Below, in pieces: positions 53,607 through 61,945 of a stretch of 64,000 nt of DNA (positions are counted from its first letter, which is position 1; each line of letters starts with the position of its first letter). Location of the stretch: assembly GCA_042408215.1 (NCBI GenBank), contig JAYFMW010000028.1:224001-288000 (forward strand), given 5' to 3'. The DNA comes from Microcoleus sp. Its GTDB lineage: Bacteria; Cyanobacteriota; Cyanobacteriia; Cyanobacteriales; Microcoleaceae. Under the pieces are notes generated by a model. The model searched no databases. It saw only the letters and a list, made by a program, of their open reading frames with translations, and was not told the origin of the DNA. The translations under genes were made by a program, and so were the position numbers.

Positions 53607-54335
53607 TAGCTTTTCAGATTAAGCGTAGCCTCCCGGAGGTTACGCTTGATTGCTTTTAACGCCAGATGACGATCGGGATTCAAGCCACTACGCAGCTCTG
53701 TACCCATCAACAGTTGCGACTAATGCAGCACCATTTTGATAGCCATCAAATTCAAGTGGAGTTGAGGGGAATTTGCATCCTCTCCAAACTCGATCGCCCC
53801 ACGGGGTAAGGCGACTTGTATTCATGGGGCTAACGCGAGTTGTTAAGATTGCATAATCTCGATCGGCAATTCGTTTCACTTGTTCATAGATTTTGCCTTT
53901 CAACCAGTAATACCAATTTAATAGGTCGTTGCACATATCCCGATCCCCCTAAATCCCCCGCACCCTTGGGAGTAGGGTGTGAGTAGGGGTTGACTTTGAA
54001 TTCTTGCTCCCCCTTTTTAAGGGGGCTGGGGGGATCGGGATATGTGCAGCCTCATAAAAAATTGGTATAAGCACGTTTCTGATTTGAGCGTCTTGAATAC
54101 TTCTCGCGTTTGGGTCGCAAACTTCCAAGGTATTCAAAACTAATTACATCAGACCGCCAATGATTTGCCAACTCAACAAGTTCACGAGATACAGCCCTAG
54201 AATATTCAATCTCTCTAGCAGATAGAGAGTCCCATGCTGTTTTAGCGAATCCACGGGAAATAATCCCTGTGGAGCCCATTTTGATTGCAATCTTTCCTAA
54301 ATCCCGCTTCCTAGGAGCTACATGACGCGAATCGG
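53607..54335 (-). pseudogene. IS607-associated TnpB-like pseudogene (C-terminal half)
   Basis: ISFEYLGSL...KRAY|WLKGKI...VSPMNTSR. Interrupted by a MITE and frameshifted; the N-terminal half is missing. Confidence 0.7.
53911..54067. mobile_element. 157-bp MITE with ~39-bp imperfect TIRs and TAA target duplication
   Basis: TAA|TACCAATTT...GCACATATCCCGATCCCCC ... GGGGGATCGGGATATGTGC...AAATTGGTA|TAA. Removal restores GCT TAC TGG (AYW) in frame. Confidence 0.85.
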
Positions 54336-54340
54336 GAAGG

Positions 54341-55196
54341 AATTACGAATTAGGAATTACGAATTACTCCAAAAAGCAACTCGTAATTCGTAACTCCTAA
54401 CTCCTAATTTCTAATCGATCATTTCTCATTTATAATTCCTCCAAAAAAACAACTCGGAATTCGGAATTTATAATTCCTAATTTTTCCAAAAAACAACTCG
54501 GAATTCGGAATTTATAATTCCTCCAAAAAAACCACTCGGAATTCGGAATTTATAACTCCTAATTTTTCCAAAAAACAACTCGGAATTCGGAATTCGTAAT
54601 TTATAATTCCTCCAAAAAAACCACTCGGAATTCGGAATTTCTAACTCCTAATTTTTCCAAAAAACAACTCGGAATTCGGAATTTCTCCAAAAAACCACTC
54701 GGAATTCGGAATTCGTAATTCTTAATTCGTAATTTCTCCAAAAAACCACTCGGAATTCGGAATTCGTAATTTTCTCCAAAAAACAACTCGGAATTCGGAA
54801 TTCGTAATTTTTCCCAAAAACCACTCGGAATTCGGAATTTCTAATTCCTAACTCCTAATTTCTCCCAAAAACCACTCGGAATTCGGAATTCGTAATTTCT
54901 CCCAAAAACCACTCGGAATTCGGAATTTCTAATTCCTAACTCCTCCAAAAAACCACTCGGAATTCGGAATTCGGAATTCGTAATTTCTCCAAAAAACCAC
55001 TCGGAATTCGGAATTTCTAATTTCTCCAAAAAACCACTCGGAATTCGGAATTTCTAATTCCTAATTCCTCCAAAAAACCACTCGTAATTCGGAATTCGTA
55101 ATTTCTAATTCGGAATTTCTAATTGCTCCAAAAAACAACTCGTAATTCGTAATTCCTAATTCGTAATTCGTAATTCGTAATTTCTCCAAAAAACAA
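54341..55196. repeat. Higher-order STRR array (CCAAAAAAC[A/C]ACT + CGGAATT/CGTAATT/CCTAATT heptamers), about 18 units
   Basis: Direct reading; unit length varies roughly 30-60 bp. Confidence 0.92.
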
Positions 55197-55237
55197 GACG
55201 TTTTAGGATCTTTCGACCAATGATGTTTCCTGGATTA

Positions 55238-55867
55238 CTACAATGATACTCCTATGCACTCCGATTCGTCAATAGTATTTTCCGGTTTGTCTTCAGCATT
55301 CACCTTTTCTTTAAGAATGGGGTCTTTATATCTACGAAGAAAATACAGGCGACTACTAAAGCAGTGCATGATTGTCATAAAATCTTGCATTAATTCCGCA
55401 GGAGGTGACAATTCTGTTTTCCCTAGAACCGTTATTTTGCAACCATTCTGGGTGCAATACCATTCGACAAAATCAAAACCAAATCGACACAAGCGATCTT
55501 TGTGAGCGATAACGATTTCAGAAACTTCGCCGCGTCCCACTCGTTCCATCAGGTTTAGAAACTTTTTCCTCTTGAAGTTCATACCAGAACCAATCTCTTG
55601 GATAGATTCACCCAGCCTGACCTTCTGAAGCGCGGCGACTTGAGTTTCTAGGTCAACCTTTTGTGAGTGGGTTGAAACCCTAGAGTAGATTACGATATGT
55701 TCATTCACCACTGTAGAACCCAGTCCAGTTAGGCTGGATTCTAAGTAGCGCCTGTGTCCACCCTTGGAGCGAATGAACTCAACTTTCCCGGCGTCAGCCC
55801 AATCCGCCAAAGTCTTAGGATGATAGCCGTATTTTTTTTGCACTTGAAATGGAGAAAGATAAGTCAT
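55238..55867 (-). CDS. tnpA: IS607-family serine transposase
   Basis: MerR-like HTH (GGHRRY), catalytic YSRVST, IGSGMNFKR, HKDRLCRFGF. CTCCAATAT direct repeats lie upstream. Confidence 0.9.
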   Translation of the reverse strand: MTYLSPFQVQKKYGYHPKTLADWADAGKVEFIRSKGGHRRYLESSLTGLGSTVVNEHIVIYSRVSTHSQKVDLETQVAALQKVRLGESIQEIGSGMNFKRKKFLNLMERVGRGEVSEIVIAHKDRLCRFGFDFVEWYCTQNGCKITVLGKTELSPPAELMQDFMTIMHCFSSRLYFLRRYKDPILKEKVNAEDKPENTIDESECIGVSL

Positions 55868-55990
55868 TGGATTTAAGTTACTGTAGAGACTTGCTCCAAT
55901 ATACTCCAATATTTCCGTTTCTAGTAATTAGACAAGAAGTCAAGTTTCTCAAACGCCTGTATAACTGGGGGGTGAATCCTCAGACGGCGG

Positions 55991-56348
55991 GGGTGTCAAC
56001 CGTTGTTGTGTAAATTTTAAGTTTTTTCCTGTATCTGTCTACAGAGATTCTCTCAAGCAAAACCTACGTATTGTAAAACTTCATTAAGATTGTAAGCATC
56101 AATAGACAATGGTAGTATCATATAGTCAGAAGGGTCGATTGATTAACGCCGATGTTAACGGGTCTTACAATATTTTGAGAAAAGCAATCCCAAATGCCTT
56201 GTGCAATGGGATAGAGAGCTGCGTAGTTCAGCTTTAGAAGGGTCAATCCGCTCGAAGTAAAAAAGAAAGGGGAGGGACTTCATGCCTCCCACGGCACTGT
56301 AATAAATGACTATACTTTTACAAGCTATTACGCCAACTGTTGACACCC
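55991..56348. mobile_element. TIR-bounded element carrying a tnpB 3' remnant
   Basis: GGGTGTCAACCGTTG / CAACTGTTGACACCC (14/15 inverted). Plus strand 56124-56237 reads GRLINADVNGSYNILRKAIPN. Confidence 0.6.
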
Positions 56349-56359
56349 AAGACAGCGAG

Positions 56360-56851
56360 TTAATAGTCTTCGGAAGAATAATATAGCCTGTTGTCTGTCT
56401 CCGTTAACTCCTCCTCTTCCCTAGAAGTGCCAGTTTCTTTTTGGTCTGGAACCGGAATCGTGCTAATCTGAGCGGCCCCTGGGGGAGCATGAATTGCCTG
56501 AGCATCAGGAGGCTTGACCCTAATTTTGGCTAACTGGGCTGAGGACTGATTCGGGTCAACGTTGATTTGAATGATCGGGCCCGAATGAGCCAAGTGAACG
56601 ATCAGACCGTCCACAACCGGAACCTTAGCGATCGGTTTACCATCGAGGTAAGTGCCATTCACACCTAAATTGATCAGTTCCCAAGTTAGGCCGGTGCGCC
56701 GCAATTCCATGTGACGGCGAGAAACCACCGCGCTGAAAAGAACCACCTGGTTTTCGGTCGATCGCCCGATCCGGATGACCTGTTCGTCTTCAAAGCTCCA
56801 ACTGCGAACAGGTATAGACTGGAGTGGATGTAGCAAGGTCAGCTTAATCAC
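56360..56851 (-). CDS. FHA domain protein, paralog of 52876-53349
   Basis: LTLLHPLQSIPVRSW...RIGRS...VVSRRH...NGTY. Confidence 0.88.
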   Translation of the reverse strand: MIKLTLLHPLQSIPVRSWSFEDEQVIRIGRSTENQVVLFSAVVSRRHMELRRTGLTWELINLGVNGTYLDGKPIAKVPVVDGLIVHLAHSGPIIQINVDPNQSSAQLAKIRVKPPDAQAIHAPPGAAQISTIPVPDQKETGTSREEEELTETDNRLYYSSEDY

Positions 56852-56933
56852 ATTGGCTGCATTGAGTTGTGGTAGAGCACATCAAGATGCGATTTTAGAT
56901 TTTCGACTTTCGATCGCCCAATCCAAACTCGAT

Positions 56934-57740
56934 CTAAGAGAGTTGAAATAGAAAAGTAACCAGGTCTCCTTTGCCGAGAGAGATGCGGTCTCCCCCTCGC
57001 AACCGGTGTCGATTTCCCTTTGGCAGTGGAGTATTGTTGACGTAAGTGCCGTTGGAACTGCCAACATCTTCTAGGTAACAAGCATCTCCCTCCACTCGGA
57101 GATTGGCGTGTACCCGAGAAACTATCTCTGAATTAGCCAATCCAGAAACGTCAATATCCGGTGGCACTAAGTCATTCGGCTTGCCTATGTGAATCACAGA
57201 CAGATTGTGAGGTAATTCGATCGGCGTATTTGTCTGAACGTGTATCAGCCGCGCCGACTGCTGTTGCAGTTGAGTTTTTGCCACACCCACAGCAGGTTGG
57301 CTAGCCACTGGGGGAGAGGTATTGACTGCTGTTGCCACCGCTTCTGTGGTAACAGGAACTGGTGGCGACAGTGGCGGCTGTGGAAGTGGCGGTTCGGGAA
57401 GAGTAGGAATGCTAAGGGGAGTTTTTGCCAAATTCGGCTCGAAATTTGCAGTAACTAGAGGTTCCGGTGCCACCAGGGGCTGAGGTGGGATTAAATCAGG
57501 CTGGGGTGGTGAGACCACTGTCGGCCCGACAGACGATGTGGCTACGGGCGTTGTTTCAACTTCTGGAACAGAGGAACCCGGACGCAAGTTAAAACCACAC
57601 TGACCGCAAAAGGCCGCATCTGTCTGAACCGCTGCACCGCAGTTCGAGCAACTGGCGGTAATGGGTAAAGGCGTGTAACAAGCCTCACACTGGTTGGCCC
57701 CATCGGGGTTCTGGTGATTGCAATTGGGACAGACAATCAT
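56934..57740 (-). CDS. fraH: FraH-like protein (double zinc ribbon + Pro-rich linker + FHA)
   Basis: MIVCPNCNHQNPDGANQCEAC...CSNC...FCGQC; VSRVHA; SSNGTY; adjacent to pgl. Confidence 0.8.
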   Translation of the reverse strand: MIVCPNCNHQNPDGANQCEACYTPLPITASCSNCGAAVQTDAAFCGQCGFNLRPGSSVPEVETTPVATSSVGPTVVSPPQPDLIPPQPLVAPEPLVTANFEPNLAKTPLSIPTLPEPPLPQPPLSPPVPVTTEAVATAVNTSPPVASQPAVGVAKTQLQQQSARLIHVQTNTPIELPHNLSVIHIGKPNDLVPPDIDVSGLANSEIVSRVHANLRVEGDACYLEDVGSSNGTYVNNTPLPKGNRHRLRGGDRISLGKGDLVTFLFQLS

Positions 57741-57968
57741 CGATTTCTCCTTGCTATCGGCCAGATTTTAGAATCAGCCTCATAAAAATATTTGAGTATA
57801 CGGTCAAATTTTAACTTTAACCGCCACAATTCTGATCTTGCTTCGCGCTTTGCTAGCAAGTTGCCGAACTGCGGTGACGGGAGCGATGACGGGCAAGATT
57901 TAGTTAGTGATACTACTGACTATGTTGGCAAACTCCCACCGCTATCACCCCAGGCTACCGAGGCTGTT

Positions 57969-58685
57969 TTACTGCGATGCGCCTGCGGCCGCATCTAGTA
58001 ACCACCAAAGTTCGCCCTCTGGTTGAATTAGTCTGGATGGATAGGTCATTGCGTCGGCTGCGGGGGCAAAAATTTGAGCGAGTGCTGGTTGTTTGCTGGC
58101 CCCTGCAACGATGAAGATGACGCACCGGGCTTTGTTAATTAAGGGGACTGTAAAGGTGATGCGGGGTTGACCGTCTTTGTTGCCGACTGTTACCAGGGAG
58201 TCGCGCACTTGCAAGGCTTCTGTGTGCGGAAAGAGAGAGGCTGTGTGGGCGTCGTCCCCTATTCCCAATAAAATGATGTCGAAAGCAGGAAACTCGCCCT
58301 CTGATACTTGGAAAAACTGCTGCAATTCGGTTTGGTGTGCCCTGGCGTCGGCGGCTGGGTCGGCAGCGCTTGTGGGCATGGGGTGGATGTTGCTGGGGGG
58401 GATGTTTACTTGGTCAAGCCATGCGAGGCGCGCCATTTTTTGATTGCTGTCTGGGTGGTATGAGGGAACGTAGCGTTCGTCGCCCCAAAAAACGTGAATT
58501 TTGTCCCAAGGCAGGTCTTGGGCTGCGATCGCCCTGTAAAGTGGCTCTGGTGTGCTTCCGCCGGCTAAGGCGATCGTACATTGCCCCCGTGCTGCGATGG
58601 CTGTTTGGATTTGCGATCGCACAATTGACAGTGAGCGCTGTATGAGTTCTTCCTTACTTGCTAATACTTCTACTAATTTTTTCAT
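57969..58685 (-). CDS. pgl: 6-phosphogluconolactonase
   Basis: ALAGGSTP, FWGDERYV, LLGIGDDAHTASLFP. Confidence 0.95.
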   Translation of the reverse strand: MKKLVEVLASKEELIQRSLSIVRSQIQTAIAARGQCTIALAGGSTPEPLYRAIAAQDLPWDKIHVFWGDERYVPSYHPDSNQKMARLAWLDQVNIPPSNIHPMPTSAADPAADARAHQTELQQFFQVSEGEFPAFDIILLGIGDDAHTASLFPHTEALQVRDSLVTVGNKDGQPRITFTVPLINKARCVIFIVAGASKQPALAQIFAPAADAMTYPSRLIQPEGELWWLLDAAAGASQ

Positions 58686-59146
58686 CGAATTTGCTCTCAA
58701 CTTTTCTGGGATGTTTTTCTCAGCAATTGCCAACTTGAGTTTGACTGGGATGCTTTAAGGTCGATCGCCCGCGTCGCCGGAAAGGCTCAACACTTCGTTC
58801 AGTCGGATTTTATCATCCTGATGCCCGCTTGATTTGAGGAAAGCAACAGATATTTCTACCAGTGCTCGATCGAAGTTGAGATCTTGTAGATATCTGTGAG
58901 ATATGTGTTAGATATTTAATCAAAAGCTTGTGGCGAGTCGCAGTCGCATCCATCCGAGCGCTGTATGCGTAGGCCGCGAAAACAACCAAGATGATATAGT
59001 AGATTAGGAAAACTTGTTTTAAGTCCGCGCTCGCAATGACAGCAAAACTATGTCAAGTTTTAACCGATTACCTACATCTATCCGCTATCTGATAGCGCGG
59101 TTGCGCTACTGGATGCAGCCTACGGTTTGGGCTACCGCTAGCAGTT

Positions 59147-60412
59147 TTGTGTGCGGGAGGCGTGTTTATTTGGGAGGTATCCGTAAATCCAGAAAGGTTG
59201 AACATAGATGACGAAGAGGTAGCAGCCTCAAATAGTCCAACTTCAACGGATCTTCTGTCTGCTGAAGATAGCGCAATTGCTGCTGAAATCGACACCATAC
59301 CGGTGCTAGTCAATCAGTTCAATCGCTCTAATTCAGAGTTCGGTGTGTTAAATTCATCAGTAGTTGAAGGCAAAGGTTTATTCGACGAAAATCGCGATCG
59401 AGGCTCGGAAATTCGATCGGCATCCACCGCGCCCAAGCAGGCGACAAGCAGAACACTTTTGACAGGGCCAAGTTTAGCAAATCCTGCGATCGGGACAACC
59501 AACAATAACCCGCCAAATACAAGCTGGCCAAGTTCAAACCCGACAGCAGCTTTGAGCCCCTCTGGCGACGGTGGCCAGATTTCGTCGGGGAGCAAAACCA
59601 TCGCCCCTGAGTCTGGAGGTACAGCCACAACAACCTTATCGGCTACTCTGGGTGTGAGTAATTCAGGTAAACAAAACGAAAATCCTCTGCCTTTGAGTCC
59701 GCTACAAGCAGCCATGAAAAAATACATCGCTGCTAGCACTTCGGCAACGGGGACTTCGACTCAGAAAACTGCAAGGGAGGGTCAATTGCTCGATCGACCG
59801 ACCACCACCTCGCCGGTGACAAATCAGGTCAATTTAGTCCCAACGATCGCTACAGCTCAAAATGGGGCAAATCCTGTGAATATTCCGACTACACTTCCCC
59901 CCATGACCGCACCGACAAATACTACGATTAACGACTCTCAACCAATCTTAAACCAGGGAGCAACAGTGCCTGAATCATTTCCAGGGTTAAATTTGAGAGT
60001 ACCAAACATCCCCGCAATTACTGCACAGCCTGCAACTTCGGCTTTGCCCAAAAATCCTTACCAAACTAACTTATTCGGCGACGCACCCATCGCTCAACCA
60101 GCTCCAATTCAACTGGCCACACCTTCGCCTATACCGGTAGTTCCCAATGTGGGGAAATCATCGTTTCCGAGTGCTATTGGGGGAAGCAAAATCCAGGACT
60201 CTCAATTCTCTCCCAACTCAGCGAATTCTCAATTTCAACCAGTTGAACCGAATCAGCTCAACTTACCTTCCCAGCCTAGTTTTGGAGTTGTTCCCCAAAA
60301 CACTAATCAGGGTGTGCAGTCAACTCAACCGCAGTCTTTTGCGACACCCCGTTCAATGACTCCGGGACGCTATATTGGTGGTGGCGAAATCAATACTTTT
60401 GCTAATCCTTAA
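59147..60412 (+). CDS. Hypothetical Pro/Ser/Thr/Asn-rich protein; true start probably 59050 with a +1 frameshift
   Basis: 421-aa ORF ending YIGGGEINTFANP. The upstream frame MSSFNRLPTSIRYL joins via a one-base shift. Confidence 0.6.
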   Translation: MCAGGVFIWEVSVNPERLNIDDEEVAASNSPTSTDLLSAEDSAIAAEIDTIPVLVNQFNRSNSEFGVLNSSVVEGKGLFDENRDRGSEIRSASTAPKQATSRTLLTGPSLANPAIGTTNNNPPNTSWPSSNPTAALSPSGDGGQISSGSKTIAPESGGTATTTLSATLGVSNSGKQNENPLPLSPLQAAMKKYIAASTSATGTSTQKTAREGQLLDRPTTTSPVTNQVNLVPTIATAQNGANPVNIPTTLPPMTAPTNTTINDSQPILNQGATVPESFPGLNLRVPNIPAITAQPATSALPKNPYQTNLFGDAPIAQPAPIQLATPSPIPVVPNVGKSSFPSAIGGSKIQDSQFSPNSANSQFQPVEPNQLNLPSQPSFGVVPQNTNQGVQSTQPQSFATPRSMTPGRYIGGGEINTFANP

Positions 60413-60467
60413 ACAGCCTCTAGTATCGTCTATGCTGGTGGTGAACTTACTTAATTTCCCCTTTTTT

Positions 60468-60499
60468 CCCCTCGACATTCTTCAAATGTCGGGGGTTTT
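60468..60499 (+). terminator. Intrinsic terminator
   Basis: CCCCTCGACATT...AATGTCGGGGG followed by TTTT. Confidence 0.65.
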
Positions 60500-60525
60500 A
60501 TATTTTCAATCTCGCTGAAAAAATG

Positions 60526-60620
60526 GAAACATCAGAAACATTGTGGAAACATAGAAAAATTTACTTGACGCGCCAGTGCGGGGGGTGTCAGAATGGGTCA
60601 AACCTCACAAAGGGAGGAGA
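60526..60620 (+). promoter_or_regulatory. Promoter with upstream GAAACAT direct repeats
   Basis: GAAACAT at 60526, 60535 and 60546; TTGACG (60565)-18-TGtCAGAAT; RBS GGAGGAG before GTG 60626. Confidence 0.55.
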
Positions 60621-60625
60621 ACCCC

Positions 60626-61945
60626 GTGAAAGTCACAAAACACCGAGACAAAATCCTTGAGGTACTGCGAGAGTGGTTTCGCATCCACAAACAGGGGCCA
60701 ACGCTGGAAGAGTTGTGTACACAACTGGCAATGCAGCCCCGTCAGAAAGCAACGGTGCAACGCTGGTTGCAGACAATGCGAGGCATCGACGTGGAATGGG
60801 AAGACAATGCTGCCCGCAGTCTCCGGCTGCTTGCCCGTGAAGTTGAAGAACCCGAACTAAAGATATCCGTAACGGAAACCTTGCGGTATCTGGCGACGGG
60901 ACTGGCAGAGTGGGAACAACGAGAACCCAGCAAGCGATCGCACATCCCAAAAGCCCTCCGCATGGGGATGTCCCGAATGTACTTAACATCTTTATTGCAA
61001 AAAGACGAACAAGTCCCCTCGAACCTCCCAGAATTTTTTGACTGGGCAACAAATCCTGTTGTTGAGTGGAAACCTGCAACAGAAATTAAACACCTTTCAA
61101 CCGATGTCACCCTCATCGAAGATGGGTCAGTTTCCCACTTTGCCGAACAGTGGCAGGTTACAGGTGGCGATGTAGAAAGACAGGTACAAGAGAAAGTCCT
61201 GCAAGATGTCCTCGAATACTGTCGGGGACACCAACTCGCAGATACTTATCGAACCTATCGGAAACTAATTATCGATCGCCCCGTCCTCCCCTACCCCGAA
61301 TACCGCCGCCTCCTGTCTTCATCCCAACTCAGACCCCTGCGCGAATTCTTGTCACAAACCTATGTCGATTTAGTCGATTTAGCAGAAGAAAACACCTATC
61401 ATCTTTGTCCTCGTTGCAAGTATTTAACGCGCCGTCGCCGAGATGGAATCCATAGCTGCCGAAACAAAAATTGCGAACAGCTAAGTGCCAAACTTCATCT
61501 CCCACCGCTGCCGCCCATTCCCAAACACGAGGCAGAAACTTGGAAAGCCGTTACCCCGGGCGTATATCGGTACGGGACAATCCCAGGAATTTGGGAAATT
61601 CAATTAGCAGAAAGTCTCACAAAATTGGGAATCCGCGTCACCCTGTGGCCGGAGATAGATGAATTTGACTTGCTGGTGGAATTTAGCAAGAAAATTCGCT
61701 GGGCGATCGATGTCAAAGATTGGGAATATTTGCATGAGGAACGCTTGCACAAAGTGGAGTACCGGCCTGATGCAACAGAAACCTTTATTGTGTTCCCTGA
61801 CGAGCGAGAAGACAAACTGCGGATTAAAGTGGTACGCCAACAACTCGAACCAGAATTAGGTGGCGTGCGCTTAATGCTGATTAGCGAAATCATCTCCCAG
61901 GCTGAAAAAATTATGGAGGATAGAAACCGTGCGCGATCTTGCTAA
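60626..61945 (+). CDS. LexA-like wHTH + pPIWI_RE_Y-like region + Zn ribbon + restriction-endonuclease-fold protein (pPIWI-RE-associated REase)
   Basis: ILEVLREW...GPTLEELC...TVQRWL...ARSLRLL; CPRC...CRNKNC; PGIWE...LWPEIDEFDL...WAIDVKDW. Confidence 0.8.
   Translation: MKVTKHRDKILEVLREWFRIHKQGPTLEELCTQLAMQPRQKATVQRWLQTMRGIDVEWEDNAARSLRLLAREVEEPELKISVTETLRYLATGLAEWEQREPSKRSHIPKALRMGMSRMYLTSLLQKDEQVPSNLPEFFDWATNPVVEWKPATEIKHLSTDVTLIEDGSVSHFAEQWQVTGGDVERQVQEKVLQDVLEYCRGHQLADTYRTYRKLIIDRPVLPYPEYRRLLSSSQLRPLREFLSQTYVDLVDLAEENTYHLCPRCKYLTRRRRDGIHSCRNKNCEQLSAKLHLPPLPPIPKHEAETWKAVTPGVYRYGTIPGIWEIQLAESLTKLGIRVTLWPEIDEFDLLVEFSKKIRWAIDVKDWEYLHEERLHKVEYRPDATETFIVFPDEREDKLRIKVVRQQLEPELGGVRLMLISEIISQAEKIMEDRNRARSC

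Noticed and set aside
54341..55196. Possible CRISPR array beside a TnpB/Cas12-like gene
   Set aside because: The variable parts are heptamer copy-number changes, not foreign spacers.
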